64,000 nucleotides of DNA, from contig OZ076409.1 of assembly GCA_964187785.1 (NCBI GenBank), positions 32,550,001 through 32,614,000 on the forward strand, read 5' to 3'. The notes under the pieces are model-generated. The model did no database searches and was not told where the DNA came from. It saw nothing but the letters and a program-made list of their open reading frames with translations. This document shows positions 51,201-64,000 of this stretch, one piece after another. Numbering within the stretch: the stretch's first letter is position 1; every line of letters begins with the position of its first letter. A program made the position numbers and the translations under genes. The DNA comes from Amphiscolops sp. MND2022. Lineage: Eukaryota.

Positions 51201-52251
51201 TCACAGTGTCAAAAAGCGCAAAACAGGCATCCTTTGGGCAATAGTGTCATCCAGTTTAATGCACGAAATCAATATTCCACAAGAAGAAACCGTTTGCCTA
51301 CTTCATTAAAATTTTGGAAAAGAAGTCTCTTAAAGCCAAAAAACTGGAATTTTTTGAGTTGTCTGTCTAGTAACGACCAAACTTTTAAATACTATTTTCG
51401 CAGGCTGCCGCCTGTGATGGAAATTTGTACACGACCGACTCAAGCCGATAATACGCCATGCCGGGCACATTGCCACTACAATGAAACTTTCAAACTGCTA
51501 GTAATAAGTTTGAATTTTTTACCTATGTAATTTATAATATTTTTCATGTAAATATAGTGAGTGATATAATATGTTCAATATTTGACAGCAAGCTATACTG
51601 GCAGGCAGAAAGGGAACGAGTTCAATTGTATGCCTGTTCAGTAATGCTAGCATAGCCGGTCGTGGCATATTAGCCAATCAGGGCCCTTCATTCATTTATC
51701 GCTGCTTTAATTTATAGTGCAGTACAAATACTCGATTGGAATGGACGCGCAAGGCAAAATGGCCTTGCCGGTCCTAATATGTGGATTGGTTGATGCTGTA
51801 TTATTTCACACCATTTAGTTGCTAAATTATGCCTTACACGATAATCAGACATGCAAGTCAAGTATGAACGTACATGTAGTGTTGCGATATATTTGAGATG
51901 TTCATGGTGGTTGTGATACGTTTATTAATAATCAAAGTGGACTGAAGCGATCATTCGACCAAATAGTCCCATTGTGCTTTGAAACTGTATGCAATGTAAT
52001 TATTGAATGGAAAAACAGGGCACTCTGTCCCAACCGGTCTCATCCAATCAAACCAAACTTGGTGATATAGTGATACAAAATAAAGCCCAACTCGGACAAT
52101 AGGTTAAATGCGGCTTACATGAATTGAATTACGTGAATTCACAACATGTAAAACGGTACTATTTTACTTGTGTAGTAATAAAGGCCACACGTGACTCCCC
52201 CCGCTGCGCTAAGCACGTTGCTCTTTGATCGTGCCGCCCTGCTAGTCGGAG

Positions 52252-52367
52252 TGACGTCATGTTCTATATTCAAAGATATGGGTGATGTCTATATTTAGAT
52301 TTGATATCTTTTCAGTATCATGACCATAATAATTTTGCATGTCATGCCCACTAGGGTATATATACCC
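52252..52367 (+). promoter_or_regulatory. Candidate LTR promoter: CRE palindrome and palindromic TATA
   Basis: TGACGTCA at 52252-52259 and GGGTATATATACCC at 52354-52367, ~150 bp upstream of a Gypsy gag; no partner LTR found in the window. Confidence 0.3.
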
Positions 52368-52499
52368 AAGTCGGCCTGACAAAGGACAATCATAAATTTG
52401 GAGTTGTTTGATGCGTTACGTTTAAATTGATTGACCCAAAAATGAAACAAGTGTCTACAGGAACAATTAAAACATTTTCTGAGAATCGATTTAAATATG

Positions 52500-54200
52500 G
52501 AGCAACATTTTCAAAGCCTTCGACAACGAAACAAAAGGCGAAAGCTAGAAAGTCAAGATAATTAGATATGTTTTCCGATTACGGTAACATGGATGTAATG
52601 TTAGGAGACAGAAATTCAAACTCTATAGAAAGAGAATAAGACAGTCTCATTAATTGCCCAGAGTGGGGGCGACAGGACCTTCAGACTTTCCCAAACAGGG
52701 AAACCTCATCTCAAGAAAATGAGATCAGAGACATCATTAATCGAAATGAACCAGTTAGAGAAGGCAGACTAATAGAGTCAATTAATATGCTGTCTGGGGA
52801 GATGAATGCTAGAATGTCTCGGGAAATGGAGACTTTGATGGATTTAATGCAAACCCAGATCAGTAGGGCTATTAAAGCCGCTATTAGTGAGAGAATAATA
52901 CCTGAGATACAAAACATGATGGAAAATCCGCCTTTGGCCCAACAAGGCATTGAGCCTGGTTCGTCTTTAAATGAGGATGGTAATGTAAACGTGTGGAAAA
53001 ATGCAAAACATACAAAGAAGGACTCTAGGTCCGCTTGTGACTTGAGAGATCATACGGACAATACTCCTTACATAGTGATAGGAGCCAACGAACTCCAACA
53101 TCCGATTCCTGAATTCCTCACAGGACGAATTCACTCTCAGCCAGACATGCAGAGGTAAGAATCCACACATGATACAACCATGGATACAACTCTACCAGCA
53201 GCAGAACCCGTCACGGCTGAACAACCACAAGACCCTATCAATCGACTGGCAGACGTCCTAGTAAATCTCCAAAACAAACCACAATCGATGACAATTCGAC
53301 CAGTCACGACGAATCCCGTGACCTGTGACGGCAAAACCGAGAAGTTTGACTTATTTGAAGATTTATTTCACACCATGATAAAGATGCAGCGCGCTATGGC
53401 AGAGCTATTGAAAATAGTTCCTTTTCATTCACTACTCAGTAAGGGAGCTCTGCAAACTTTTCGTAATCTAAACTCTATAAACCGTCAAGCACTAGAGGAC
53501 GTATTGGTCATATTCCAAAAAAATACGTCAAACCCGAATCACAAGCCACAGCGAAGCATAAGTGGCATAGACTTCTTTTCGATCCCAATACAATGAAATT
53601 ACCCGATTTTCTCGAAGAACTCAATCAGGGCGCCGAGAAGGCCTTCGGGGAAATTGCCAAGAGGATGATCGATAGCCTCTTATACGCTAAATTACCCCCA
53701 AAACTCAAAAGATCAGTAAATATGGCCCGACTGGAAAACGGGACATATGAGGAGATCGTGGCGCACCTAGAAAGAGAACGCGAATTAAATGCCTTAGAAG
53801 AATCAGATGATTTGCCCATTGCCACAATGGCTTCATCGTCGGGCAAGGCGCGAAATTTACTATCCGATGGCATTGATACCAACAAAAACAACCAATGCTC
53901 ATACTGCAAAGCTTAAGACCATTTCTGGAAAAACTGTCCAAAACTCAAAAAGAAAAAAGAAATTGAACCAAAAAACGGCAAGAGGACTCAACGTACAACC
54001 TATCCATAATGTCCCACTTGCAGAAAAACGAATCATCCCGCAGAAAAATGTTGGCGAGGTGCAGGAGCGCACCTTCGTCTCAAAAGGTCTAGACTAAACA
54101 CTGACGAAGCCGAAGCTTCAGGGGACGGGGAAACCTCCAATAAAATTGACAAAACTACAACGTCCTCATAAGGTTAAGGGACTTCCAAAAAACCTCTGTC
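52500..54200 (+). pseudogene. gag: Second Gypsy gag (frameshifted) with two Zn knuckles
   Basis: KQKAKARKSR*LDMFSDYGNMDVMLG; DGKTEKFDLFEDLFHTMIKMQ; LYAKLPPKLKRSVNMARLENGTYEEIVAHLERE; CSYCKA*DHFWKNC; CPTCRKTNHPAEKCW. Confidence 0.88.
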
Positions 54201-54539
54201 AAAAAACTAATTTTGCCACGACTCCAAATATGTAACCGAATGACGATACGACAATTTGTCATATCTGATCCAGCGATCATCATTTACAAGCAATCACAAT
54301 ACGAAACAACCGGAACACCATCAGTTGTCTGGGTACCACAACAACCGCCCAGACCGATACTACGATAAAGACTATACTGCAGATTTTGAAACCCAATTCC
54401 GACCACTCCAACTAATCGAAGGTTATAACCCACAATATATTGACCCCGAGTACGGCACTGATCCGTATTGGGACGATTCCCTCTATGACCAGGAAACCCT
54501 TGCAGTTCAAAGGTGAGGAACACCCACCAACTGACGATG

Positions 54540-57500
54540 AAGATGACCCTGAAATCCCAGAAAAAAAATTATCTCTTATTGAATTATGGCAGCCGATTCC
54601 ACAAATCGATAATATATAAGAAGCAGTTTACGAAACAATTACAGACGAGGAACAAGCCACACACGGCCTACTCGACGAGACGGTTTTTCTACATGTCCTT
54701 GTAACCAAAGAGGGAGAACCGGCAAATAAACCCCTGTCCACAAACCTCGGACTAAAAAACAAAAAGCGGATGCTACACTTCCCAATGGATTTTGGGGAAT
54801 TAACCATATACGGCCTCATAGACACCGGAGCTCTTTCCAGTGCAATACCAGAAGCGGACCTTAGGAAAATACGCCTACTAGCGCCACAATCCATAAATAA
54901 AGAGGGACCCGCTCCGTCATTTGAAATCATGGTCGCAAATAGACAATTGGAAACCCCGAAGAGCACCGTTGAATTCCATGAACAATTTATAGTAATGGAA
55001 AAATTGACCAGCCCGATCATATGACTAATGTTCCTCCAAAGGAACCACACATTCCTGGACATGCGCCAAGGTATACTAAACTTCCCATGCTTTTCAATGC
55101 AACTTAAAACGACTGACCACAAACATTCAAATGTCCTAGAACCCATCCTCAACCTGGATGATATAACTATTCCACCCAATGACCGCATCGTAGTAGGGAT
55201 TAAATCCCAAATCTATACTGATAATACGGTCACAGGAGTCCTCCAACCCAGTGATTTTTTGCATGGAGAAGGCGACATCACGGTCTGTGCCGCAATAATC
55301 ACATTGACCAACGGGCCCATAAAATTCCATATCAACAATTTTACTGATCAACTCTATAAATTGAAGCAAGGATTACACATAGCAAACTTCTCAGTTCTAA
55401 CTCCTGAGCAAATGAAACATGTTAAAACCATTGAGCCAGTGTCCACGTGGCATCTATTGAACGGAAATGAAGATGCGATTTACTATGTCAGTAGTCTAGT
55501 TAGGGCTAACAGAATCAATGACCAATACGAACAATACTGGTTCCCAACACCACCTGATAACCCAGGGGACGAACAGTCCCATACGCCCATCGAGCGACGA
55601 ACTCTTCAGGAACTACGGAACCTGCAAGTTGCGGAACAATTGAACCCACAAGATAATGAGGCCCCGCGCTACCAGTTTTTTAGAAATTTTGACTGGAAAG
55701 ACTCTATGCTCCAACAGCATGAGATTAAAAGAATTGAACCACTCTTAGTAGAGTATCATGATATCTTTGCTAGGCACAGATTCGACATAAGAATCAACGA
55801 GGGGTTTACAGTCAAATTGACCCCAAAGGTCGACTCCCCCGCCTATAGCCAAAGTCTTCCAACTCCAGTCAATCTCAAAAAAGACATACTGGCCGAACTG
55901 GCGTCATTACACAACAATGCCATAATCACAACATTGCCGTTCTCCAAATATGTCAGTCCCATCTTCGCGCAGAAAAAGCCCAATGGGAAACTGCGACTAT
56001 TGGTCAATCTGAGGAAAACAAATAACCTCATTTTTGTTCACAGGCATACCATTGCCTGCCGATGGCAGACCAAAGGTCCATGGACATGCTGGCATTCAAT
56101 TTCGCAAGCCGTATCTTTGCCTATAGAAGACTCACCCAAGGTCTTAGTAGGGCAATATTGGCCTTTTCAAGCTTTATGCGAGAATACCTCGATAAAGTAA
56201 TTAAAGCTGACCAATGCGCCCAATATGTGGACGACATAGACATAGCCGCCAACGACGCCGACCACCTCATCCAAAACCTACGGACGACTTTTGAATGCAT
56301 ACGCCACGCTGGGTTGAAACTTAGAATGCACAAATGCGTGGAAAGGACAATTACCCCAGAAGGAGTGAAACCACAAAGGGAAAGAACCACAAAATTCCCA
56401 AAATCCAAAAAAGCCTAACAGAGATACCTTGGCTTCTAAACTATTATAGAAACTATATACCAAGGCTGTCCGAGAAACTTGCTCCATTTTTCCAACTTCT
56501 CAAAAAGGACGAGAATGTCCTGGTGGCAACTGAACTCATCAAAGAATTTAATGAGATTAACAGCGACCTTGATAAATGCAGCCAATTAGCCTTAAAGCAA
56601 CCTTTACCGAACAAACCATTAGTCCTAATGACGGATGCTAGCTTTACGCTGCGGGTACGCTATTCTTACCGAGGACGACCCAAATCAAAAATACACTTCT
56701 GTCAAGAAATCATATGCCCCCATCGCTTATGGAACAAAACTTCCACGCCATCACAGCTCAAAATGTCCATAAACGCCAAAGAATTCCTAGCAATTTATTA
56801 TGCTTTCAAAGAATTTGGACATATCGTCTGGGGAACCCCCAACCTGATCACTATCCTTACAGACAACAAATCGGTAACAAGGTTCTTCCAAACAAAGATA
56901 AAACCCCCAACACTCTGGAATGCGTGTGATTATGTGATACAATTTAATTACGGCATAGCACACATCCCAGGGAAAAACAAAACTGCGGCTGACTACGTAT
57001 CTGGAATAGAATGGATCCCAAAGAAAAATTAATCCTAAAAATCCGAGAAGACGTGGAAACACGGCCCATTGAGGTCAATCTCCAATCAGCAGGAGTATCA
57101 GAAGAGGAACAAGTTTTCTTCACCGAAGAAGATGACGAGACAGAAGAACAGATTTGGGAGCGAAAAAACCAATGCCGTAACAACCCGATAGGACGAGAAG
57201 TCGCAATCCAAATCGACGCAATATCGGAGAATGTAGTCGATGAAATCACAAATTTCACCCAGAAATTGCGTAGAACCAATCAAATCCTACTCGAGCAGTC
57301 CAAAGACCCTATTTTACAACGATTCAAAGCAAAAATTCAAAATGAAGACTGTTCGGAAGATATTGTCCAGCAAGATTGTTATGAGCACCATCTCAACAAT
57401 TTGGACAGGATAGTCCTGAAAGACGAGGTAGTCACACGACAATATTATGACGAACTGTACAGACTAAATATAATCAGATCCTCTTATCAAAACAACTACT

Positions 57501-59050
57501 AAAGGAACTCTTACCAGCGTTACATGGAACAGCACACAAACACGCTGGCATATCTAAAACGCTCCAGAAAATTCGTTTAAAATATTACTACCCAGGAATG
57601 TGTTAAAATTGGGTAGAAGGTTGCGAATCTTGTGCAAAAGACAAGCGCGTTCCAAACAACTCAATAACACCTGAATTACTCAATTTGCCCGAATGTGACC
57701 AAACAGTAATGACGGCCATTGATGTCTCTTCAAGATCCCTTTTAGCCTACCCGCTAACCGAAGCTACTGCTTCAAATACCGCAAAGGTCCTAATAGACAT
57801 TATGACAAAACCTTCATGCTTGCCGACTACGATCATCACTGATAAAAGAACTGCCTTCACGTCAAAAATTATAGCAGAATTGACGCAGATCCTGGGAATA
57901 ACCCTGAAATGTGCAACCACTAAACATCCACAAACAATTGGTAAACTAAAACGGACGCACGCCTCATTGAGAACCAGTTTGAAAATGGCCTCAGGGGAAT
58001 ACCGCCGCCAGTGGCACAAATATTTGCCACTAGCTGTGCTCAATTATAACACAACTTATCACTCCAGTATAGGCGATGAGCCCAGCAATGTTTTTCACGG
58101 ACGGATTCCCTACAACGTCCTAGATCATAAACTTGGAAATAATCCCAACAAGGATTTCTTGCCTACAACGGAAATTGCAGAAGAATTACAGAAAAGAACG
58201 CAAATTCTAATTGATCAACCAAAGAAAAACATTATGCAGTCATACTCGAAATACAAAGAATTTTATGACCAAAACACCAAGGCAGCCCCGCTGAACGAAA
58301 AGGATTCTTCTTTTATCCTGCAACCTAAAGCCGATAACCAAGGATCGAAGATACCGTCCGGGGACTACCGTTGGATTGGACCCTATATAATTGAAAACGT
58401 ATTACCTAATGATAATTATAAAGTCAGGCGTCTAAATACTAACATAACGCAAATTTTACACCGTATCAGGCTCAAAAAGATTGTCCCAAAAACACCTTTA
58501 GAGGACAAGTACATTAAAGAGAAATTACAAATTGACGAAGAAATCGTCATACCCCAAGAAGACTTATATACAATCTCTTCGGAAGCCGACTTTGATTATG
58601 AACTATTTGGGCCGAGACAGAACGCTGTCCCACACGGGACTACGCAGCAAGACGCTGCACTTGCAAGTGACGCGACAGAAAATGACGTCACCGAAAGAAG
58701 AATACTAATAGACAGTACTCAGAAAATGAAAATGACCTCACCGAGAAAGATGAATGCAGAGGGACAAGCAGTGACGCAGAAGAGCCGAGTGTGGCCTACT
58801 GCCCGAATAGTCCAAATGTGGCTAATTCGGCTCCTAACTCGGAAAATAATGATGATGATGGACTAAATGAAAATGCAGAGGATACTAACGTTTCCAATAG
58901 GGGTGGAGATATTACCGTGCCCGGAATATCAGAAGATGAAAAAGCCAATGAAAATTCCGATGAACACGCAAGCCCTAAAGGGGGGGGGGATATAACAGTT
59001 GTCTTAACCCTAACCCAAATTTTACTGATGAATACAGATACTAGACAGAA
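54540..59050 (+). pseudogene. pol: Second Gypsy pol: protease, dUTPase-like spacer, RT, RNase H, integrase
   Basis: LIDTGALSSAI; FARHRFDI..SPIFAQKKPNGKLRLLV; QYVDDI (56224-56235); LMTDASF; LTDNKSVTRFF; HIPGKNKTAADYVS; LHGTAHKHAG..GCESC; AIDVSSR..IITDKRTAF; WIGPYII. Confidence 0.94.
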
Positions 59051-59167
59051 TTGTAAACTAACTGTCCCTATTCCCTGATAGCCCTGAAAGGACATGTATT
59101 TTGACTGGGATTTAACTGTCTCGACATACTAATTACAAAATAAAATATATAAAAAACAAAAACAGAC

Positions 59168-62023
59168 TCAGAAGGCAAATGTACAACTGTAGCAACTGAA
59201 AACAAATGTACATAATATACAATTAGTCTTTACTAGACCCCTCGCGGAGCTCTTTAACTGCCTTTGAAACTTCCTCATGGGGAATATCGCCAAAATAGGC
59301 GCGCTTCTTTGATTTCCCTTGTTTAGGAAGAACAGTGCGTTCTTCAACGGTAGAAAGAGAAGACGGAGCAGGACGAGTAAGCGGCTGATCATCGACAGAC
59401 TGGCAGAGAGACTGGCAAGCGGCACTCAGTTTCTTGAAAATATCACTTCGCCCAAAAGAGTCCACGTGGATCCATGGGTCCCCTGACCCATTTCCTGAAC
59501 CAAAGCGGTTTCGGAGAACACGATACTTCTCCATGGCTTCATCAGGTGTACAAGTGGCAGCAGAACCAACACTATTGGCAACATAAGATTGAGCAGGAAG
59601 CAACAAGGGGGCAAGTCGACATCGGGGGTCAGAAAAGGTGGCTCCCTGGAAGCGAATAGAAGGACGCCCAGAACTTGACTCAGTTAAGCACAAGCAGCAC
59701 AAGCGGAAGAGATGATACAAGTGCCTACGATTACGGAGTGGCGGGATGGAAAGTAGCACATAGACCATATCACCCTTTAAGTTAGGCTTGTCTTTGAAGT
59801 CCTTGTAGGTGATTCGAAAGAATTCGCAAACTCCAGGTATTCACGGGTATCGGTCTCCGAGGAAACTTCTACCCACCCTCGTAACTGGAAGCAATGAAAT
59901 AAGGACAAAAAACACTAGGAGACCTGCTCGTATGGCTGAGACAACAGAACGTGAGGGTCAAAGCAGGACATACCCTGGACGATATCCATTGTGACTCTGA
60001 CGTCGCCTAAGGCATCTTCCAGCAAGGAAACAACGTAGCTGCGAGCACTGACGAGAACTTCTTCCTTTACTGTTTCCATCTGTTCCTCTAGAGACGTGGT
60101 CGCTTCCTCAAGTTCATGAAGGACTCTCTCAGCTCTGGTCCGGCAAGGTCCAACTAAATTGGTTTTGAGTTTCAATCGAGTCAAGAAATCTCGGCATGAA
60201 AGCTGGCGCTAGTCCTCAAGGGCCAGGTGGATAAGGCCAAACCAATCTGTCTCAGCTGGCAAACTCTTGGGCAAGATTGACAGGTAACAAAGCTTCCCGA
60301 TGTAGCGACTCAGCTGTCCAAAGGTGAAGAAATTAGTGTCGCGCTTGCCACTAATGCTTCGCTCAAAACACTTTATGTCTAAACAAGACAAAGTAGATAG
60401 AACTGGAGACAAGGCCTAGTTGGGACCAAGTGAGGACAAAGTCTGCAAATAAACTGCGACAAAAACGACTAGGGCAATGTATACTAACAATCGCTGACCA
60501 TGCGGGAGAAGAACTCCAGTTTCACCACAAAGAATTCGTCAATCATGATCATCCACTCAAGGCTTTGGGGCTAAAATAGAACAGAGGATAGAATGACTTT
60601 ATTCCATAATGGGCCTAGGGAACCTAACTGTACCCAGAAACCCTTATTATCAAGGTTGAAAAGATGGAAATATTACCCTGTTACGAACTCCCTGCATTAT
60701 CTGCGGAGTTGCCCGTTGTGTAGTGTAGTCCAGGATGGAAGGCCAGTTTGCAACAAGCTCTGCACAAAGAGCTCGAAGGGTCACCAAGTCGTAATCGCAA
60801 GCGGCAATAGCCTACAGAAACGACGATGAAAGCTGGCGAGACCACAGGTTCAAAACACAACCGCTGAATCAAATGCTACAAACCTTGCATAACTCAAGCG
60901 TCTGTTGGGTCCAAGGCTGACTGAGGCATCCAGAGAGAAACAAAATACGGTAATGGAGCTGTGAACACAGTTCAATTGGCCCAAAGATTTTGCCTCCTGT
61001 TTGTCGCAACAAGGGTGTGAAAGTACGGGGGTTGAACCGAAAAAAGTAAAGGACCCCGTGGACGAAAAGGCCTGAACGGTCCAATGTCTTGATATTGACT
61101 GAAGGGCATCCTGAAATGCTGACTAAACTCGAACTAGAGGAGAGCACAGATAACACCCGAGGCATTGCGGACAGAAAACACGTAGAGGCCTCATCGGTCA
61201 CTTCATGACGAAATAGCTGCACCTTGGTCAAGAAATCATCATGCCAGTATCTGATGGAGAGGTAGCGATGCGCTCCTTTTGTCTCAAATTCGAGAGTAAA
61301 CATGCCCGTCTTGGCCACTTGGGCAGAGATATCCTCAACTCCGCAGATAAAAATATGCTGGAAGATGGTCTGAAAAGAAAAATACGAATCAGTCTGAGAC
61401 CAAATAACGCCTAGGTGGGCCGGACGAAAATAGAAACCTACTGTAACTGTTGCAGAGTCCTTAGCAAAGTCAGCGAAGAGCGTTTGATGGTTCATGAACT
61501 CTCCTACTCTGCCCCATAAGGTCTGCAGTAATCCTAGATTTTCATCACTGGGTACGAATGTGCAAGTTAAAAACATCTGGGCAGCTTGTCGGTGTTCCTC
61601 TGGGTTACCCAAGGCGTGCTGATTGGCAAGGAAATCATCGTAGAAGGGCAATTTGTCACCGATGTCCACCAATGGCGCGTTGATGAATAAAGGCAGTTCT
61701 TTTGCGAGCTCTAATGGACTGAGCCTGTGTCCATCTTTTCCTTTAACGTAATGAAGGACCTCCCCGGTAGCGCTGTCAATTGTGCTCAGATGTTCATAAC
61801 GACAACTGTAATTTTTACGGAGATGGCTCTCTTTCTGATAATGGCGCAGGATCTCTCTGGCCCCTTTGGAGTAAATAGACACATTGGTCTTACATATTTG
61901 GCAAAAAAAATATATATATGGGTTATGTAAGCGGTCCAACGGTCCAGTCACAAAGGTTGTGTCCATTTTTTGCCTTTGAAGTAGGCATCTTTCATTACTT
62001 TGCCCGGCCTGCACATCATACAT
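59168..62023 (-). pseudogene. Multi-exon zinc-finger transposase-like gene (hAT-like N-terminal finger; class uncertain)
   Basis: ORF 60869..62023 has CQICKTNVSIYSKGAREILRHYQKESH. Candidate GT-AG introns at 61441-61370 (72 nt), 60628-60571, 60488-60443 and 59923-59885 (39 nt; removes a stop). C-terminal CFDPHVLL..LRGWV..LYHLFRLCCLCL. Confidence 0.5.
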
Positions 62024-62156
62024 CGCCTCTTACGGGGTGGACTTGGTACGGGAGTCGGTAATTGTGGCCTTGAAAGGAGTGTCGATAGGGGTCTATGATC
62101 GTTGTTGCTGTAGCCGCTTCCCGAGCGGTGGAGGTAGTTGGTTCCGGATCTCTACA

Positions 62157-63071
62157 TTAGACTAAATTCCCTGGTTCATCGTCGGAGTTTATAGCCTCAC
62201 TTGAATACTCATCACTAGTTTCGCCATCATCGGTACTGAAGGATCGATAACGTGATGTTGCTGCAGCCTTCTTCAATTGCTTCCCTGACTTGTCGGTTAC
62301 CTTTCCACTTTGGGCTTGCAAGAGTAACGATTTCATCATATGGAAACTGGAAATTACCCTCTCATCAGCTATGGTACGCAAGACTTGGTGAATATGTGTT
62401 TCGCTGAATGCGATAGTTCGGTGGCCAATAGGCAGATCTATGGGCTTGTTAGCAGAAAAGTATTTGCGGATTGTAGCCTTTCCGGTTGCAGACAACTCTC
62501 GTGGCGTGGACAAGGTTTTTCTGTACTGGTCCTGTTCAATGTCACTATGGCCAGATTCACTGTGTAGGTCGCCCACCAAGGCAGGAAATGAACTCGTAGC
62601 ACGAGCTTGTTCGGCATCGACAGCAACTCCAGAGCTTTCATAAAGTTCGTCTACATCACTGGTGTCTGTCTGCAGTAACACTTAAAGGGTAGTCTTTTTC
62701 CCTCCTGGGACTATGTCCTGATTGGCCTTCGTATCAGACTGTTCAGAGTTACTCGCTGTTACAAGAGTTAGAGGATCAGACACAGAAACTTTCTCCACTG
62801 GGCCACCAGACGATGAGGGTGGTTCCGTTGACGTCTCTTGTACCTCGGCGTCTTGAGCAATGTGGTCAGTTGTCATGGCAGTGAGGGTTCGCTCAACAAA
62901 AGCCGTTATGCTTTCATCAGTTGACCCACTACTGGGCGTTGTGACGGTCTCTGGCTTAGCGTTGGCAGCTGCGCTTGTGGACTCTGTCCCAGAATTAGTG
63001 GGGCCACGCAGGGTCCTCTTTGCCAACTGTGGTAGTTTCGGAGGTTTCTTTTTCTTCAGTGGACATATCAC
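62157..63071 (-). CDS. Ser/Thr-rich low-complexity ORFs upstream of the zinc-finger gene (likely one frame broken by a stop)
   Basis: Abutting ORFs 62682..63071 (129 aa) and 62157..62681 (174 aa) in the same frame, separated by one stop; basic PLKKKKPPK NLS-like patch. Confidence 0.45.
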
Positions 63072-64000
63072 TTCAGTGGAAATGTCACTAAATTAGCGGA
63101 AGTTCCTGTGCACGAAAGCACTCTTATTTACCATTTTAAAATCTTCCGGAAGTTGAATGAATTGAGCGACTTGTTAGTCGAAACGAAATAAAAGGGACAG
63201 GAAGTTAATGAACGAGACGGAAGCCCTGATCAAGCTTATTCCCGTTCAAAATGGAAATTGAAACCAGAATTCAATCTGATGAAATTGGCAAGATGTTGAA
63301 AAACCTGAATTTGCAGTTGGGACGATGCTGTCTGAAGGACCAGCAAGGCACAATGTGCTGTGGGAGTTAGTGAAAATGTGAAGAATGACTCTTCGGCTCA
63401 AGGAAAATTGGACCACCTGGGCTGTCGTTCCAGAAGAGCTGGCTCGTTGCTGAGGGGAAGTAACAAAGTGACTAACTAAGAAACTATACAAAGATTGTAC
63501 TGATATGAATGACTTATTTAACAATGATAAAACTAGAATTTGCAAAAGATGAGAGAATTGGAGTTCGTGGCAAACTGAACTTGATGTCAAAAATTTGTAT
63601 CATTACGCAATTATTCTGTGGATGGAATCTGCCAGGAAAATCCACATTGGTCATATTTCAAATTAATTCAGTTAGTAATATTTTATTTTGTACAATTATT
63701 TTCATTATTTCCTTGTTTGGATTATTATTTATTGGAGGATTTTCGCTCTAGCGGAATCTTATTGGCTGTTGGGGTTTTATTGATGCGTGAGGCCTACAAC
63801 CGTATTGTTGGCTACTTGAATTTTTCAAGTGGTGTGTGAGAGATGATAAACACTTAACGAAGCCCTTGAGGACTACTAGCCGAGTCAGGCAAATTGATGA
63901 AGATCACTAGTCAACAAAAGAAAAGCGGCATGCTTCAAAGACAAGGAAACCTATCTCGAACCCGGGTAGAGGAAATCTTCTTTCCACTTTTGTTTCTTGA

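Noticed and set aside
54628-55188. 186-aa minus-strand ORF (and similar ones at 56944..57279, 57747..58043, 29654..29983)
   Set aside because: Antisense shadows of the + strand pol genes, with no independent motifs.
63100-64000. Possible host exons at the window end
   Set aside because: No convincing splice-bounded frame or protein motif.
1-64000. Prokaryotic or phage origin suggested by the ATPase and capsid genes; species identification
   Set aside because: LTR retroelements, spliceosomal-type introns and Polinton termini indicate a eukaryotic genome. The species cannot be established from the sequence alone.

Overview
This is a eukaryotic (animal-like) window made almost entirely of nested, mostly decayed mobile elements. 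I found no intact host gene, rRNA, tRNA or CRISPR array. All family assignments come from motifs I recognised by eye, not from database searches. From left to right: (1) Ty3/Gypsy gag-protease-integrase debris (0.4-4.1 kb). (2) A ~21-kb LTR-to-LTR Ty3/Gypsy element (~5.0-26.0 kb) carrying gag, pol, a Pro/Ser/Thr-rich extra ORF, an env whose cysteine motifs resemble class III (chuvirus G / herpes gB-like) fusion glycoproteins, and further unknown ORFs. It contains a 2,348-bp tandem duplication and a Helentron-like insertion in the integrase. (3) A BEL/Pao-Ty1/Copia chimera with a 2,987-bp tandem duplication (28.4-35.5 kb). (4) A precisely delimited Polinton/Maverick (adintovirus-like) element at 37428-48302, with AGTAGT-starting TIRs and an exact 6-bp TSD (AACATC). 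It holds decayed PLA2-like, 2-TM, packaging ATPase, PHD finger, integrase, minor capsid, core, major capsid and adenain genes, plus a protein-primed PolB with N-terminal C2H2 fingers; an internal deletion removed the protease and polymerase cores. (5) A second BEL/Pao remnant (49.4-51.2 kb). (6) A second Ty3/Gypsy gag-pol (52.5-59.1 kb). (7) An unclassified minus-strand, intron-containing, zinc-finger transposase-like locus (59.2-63.1 kb).
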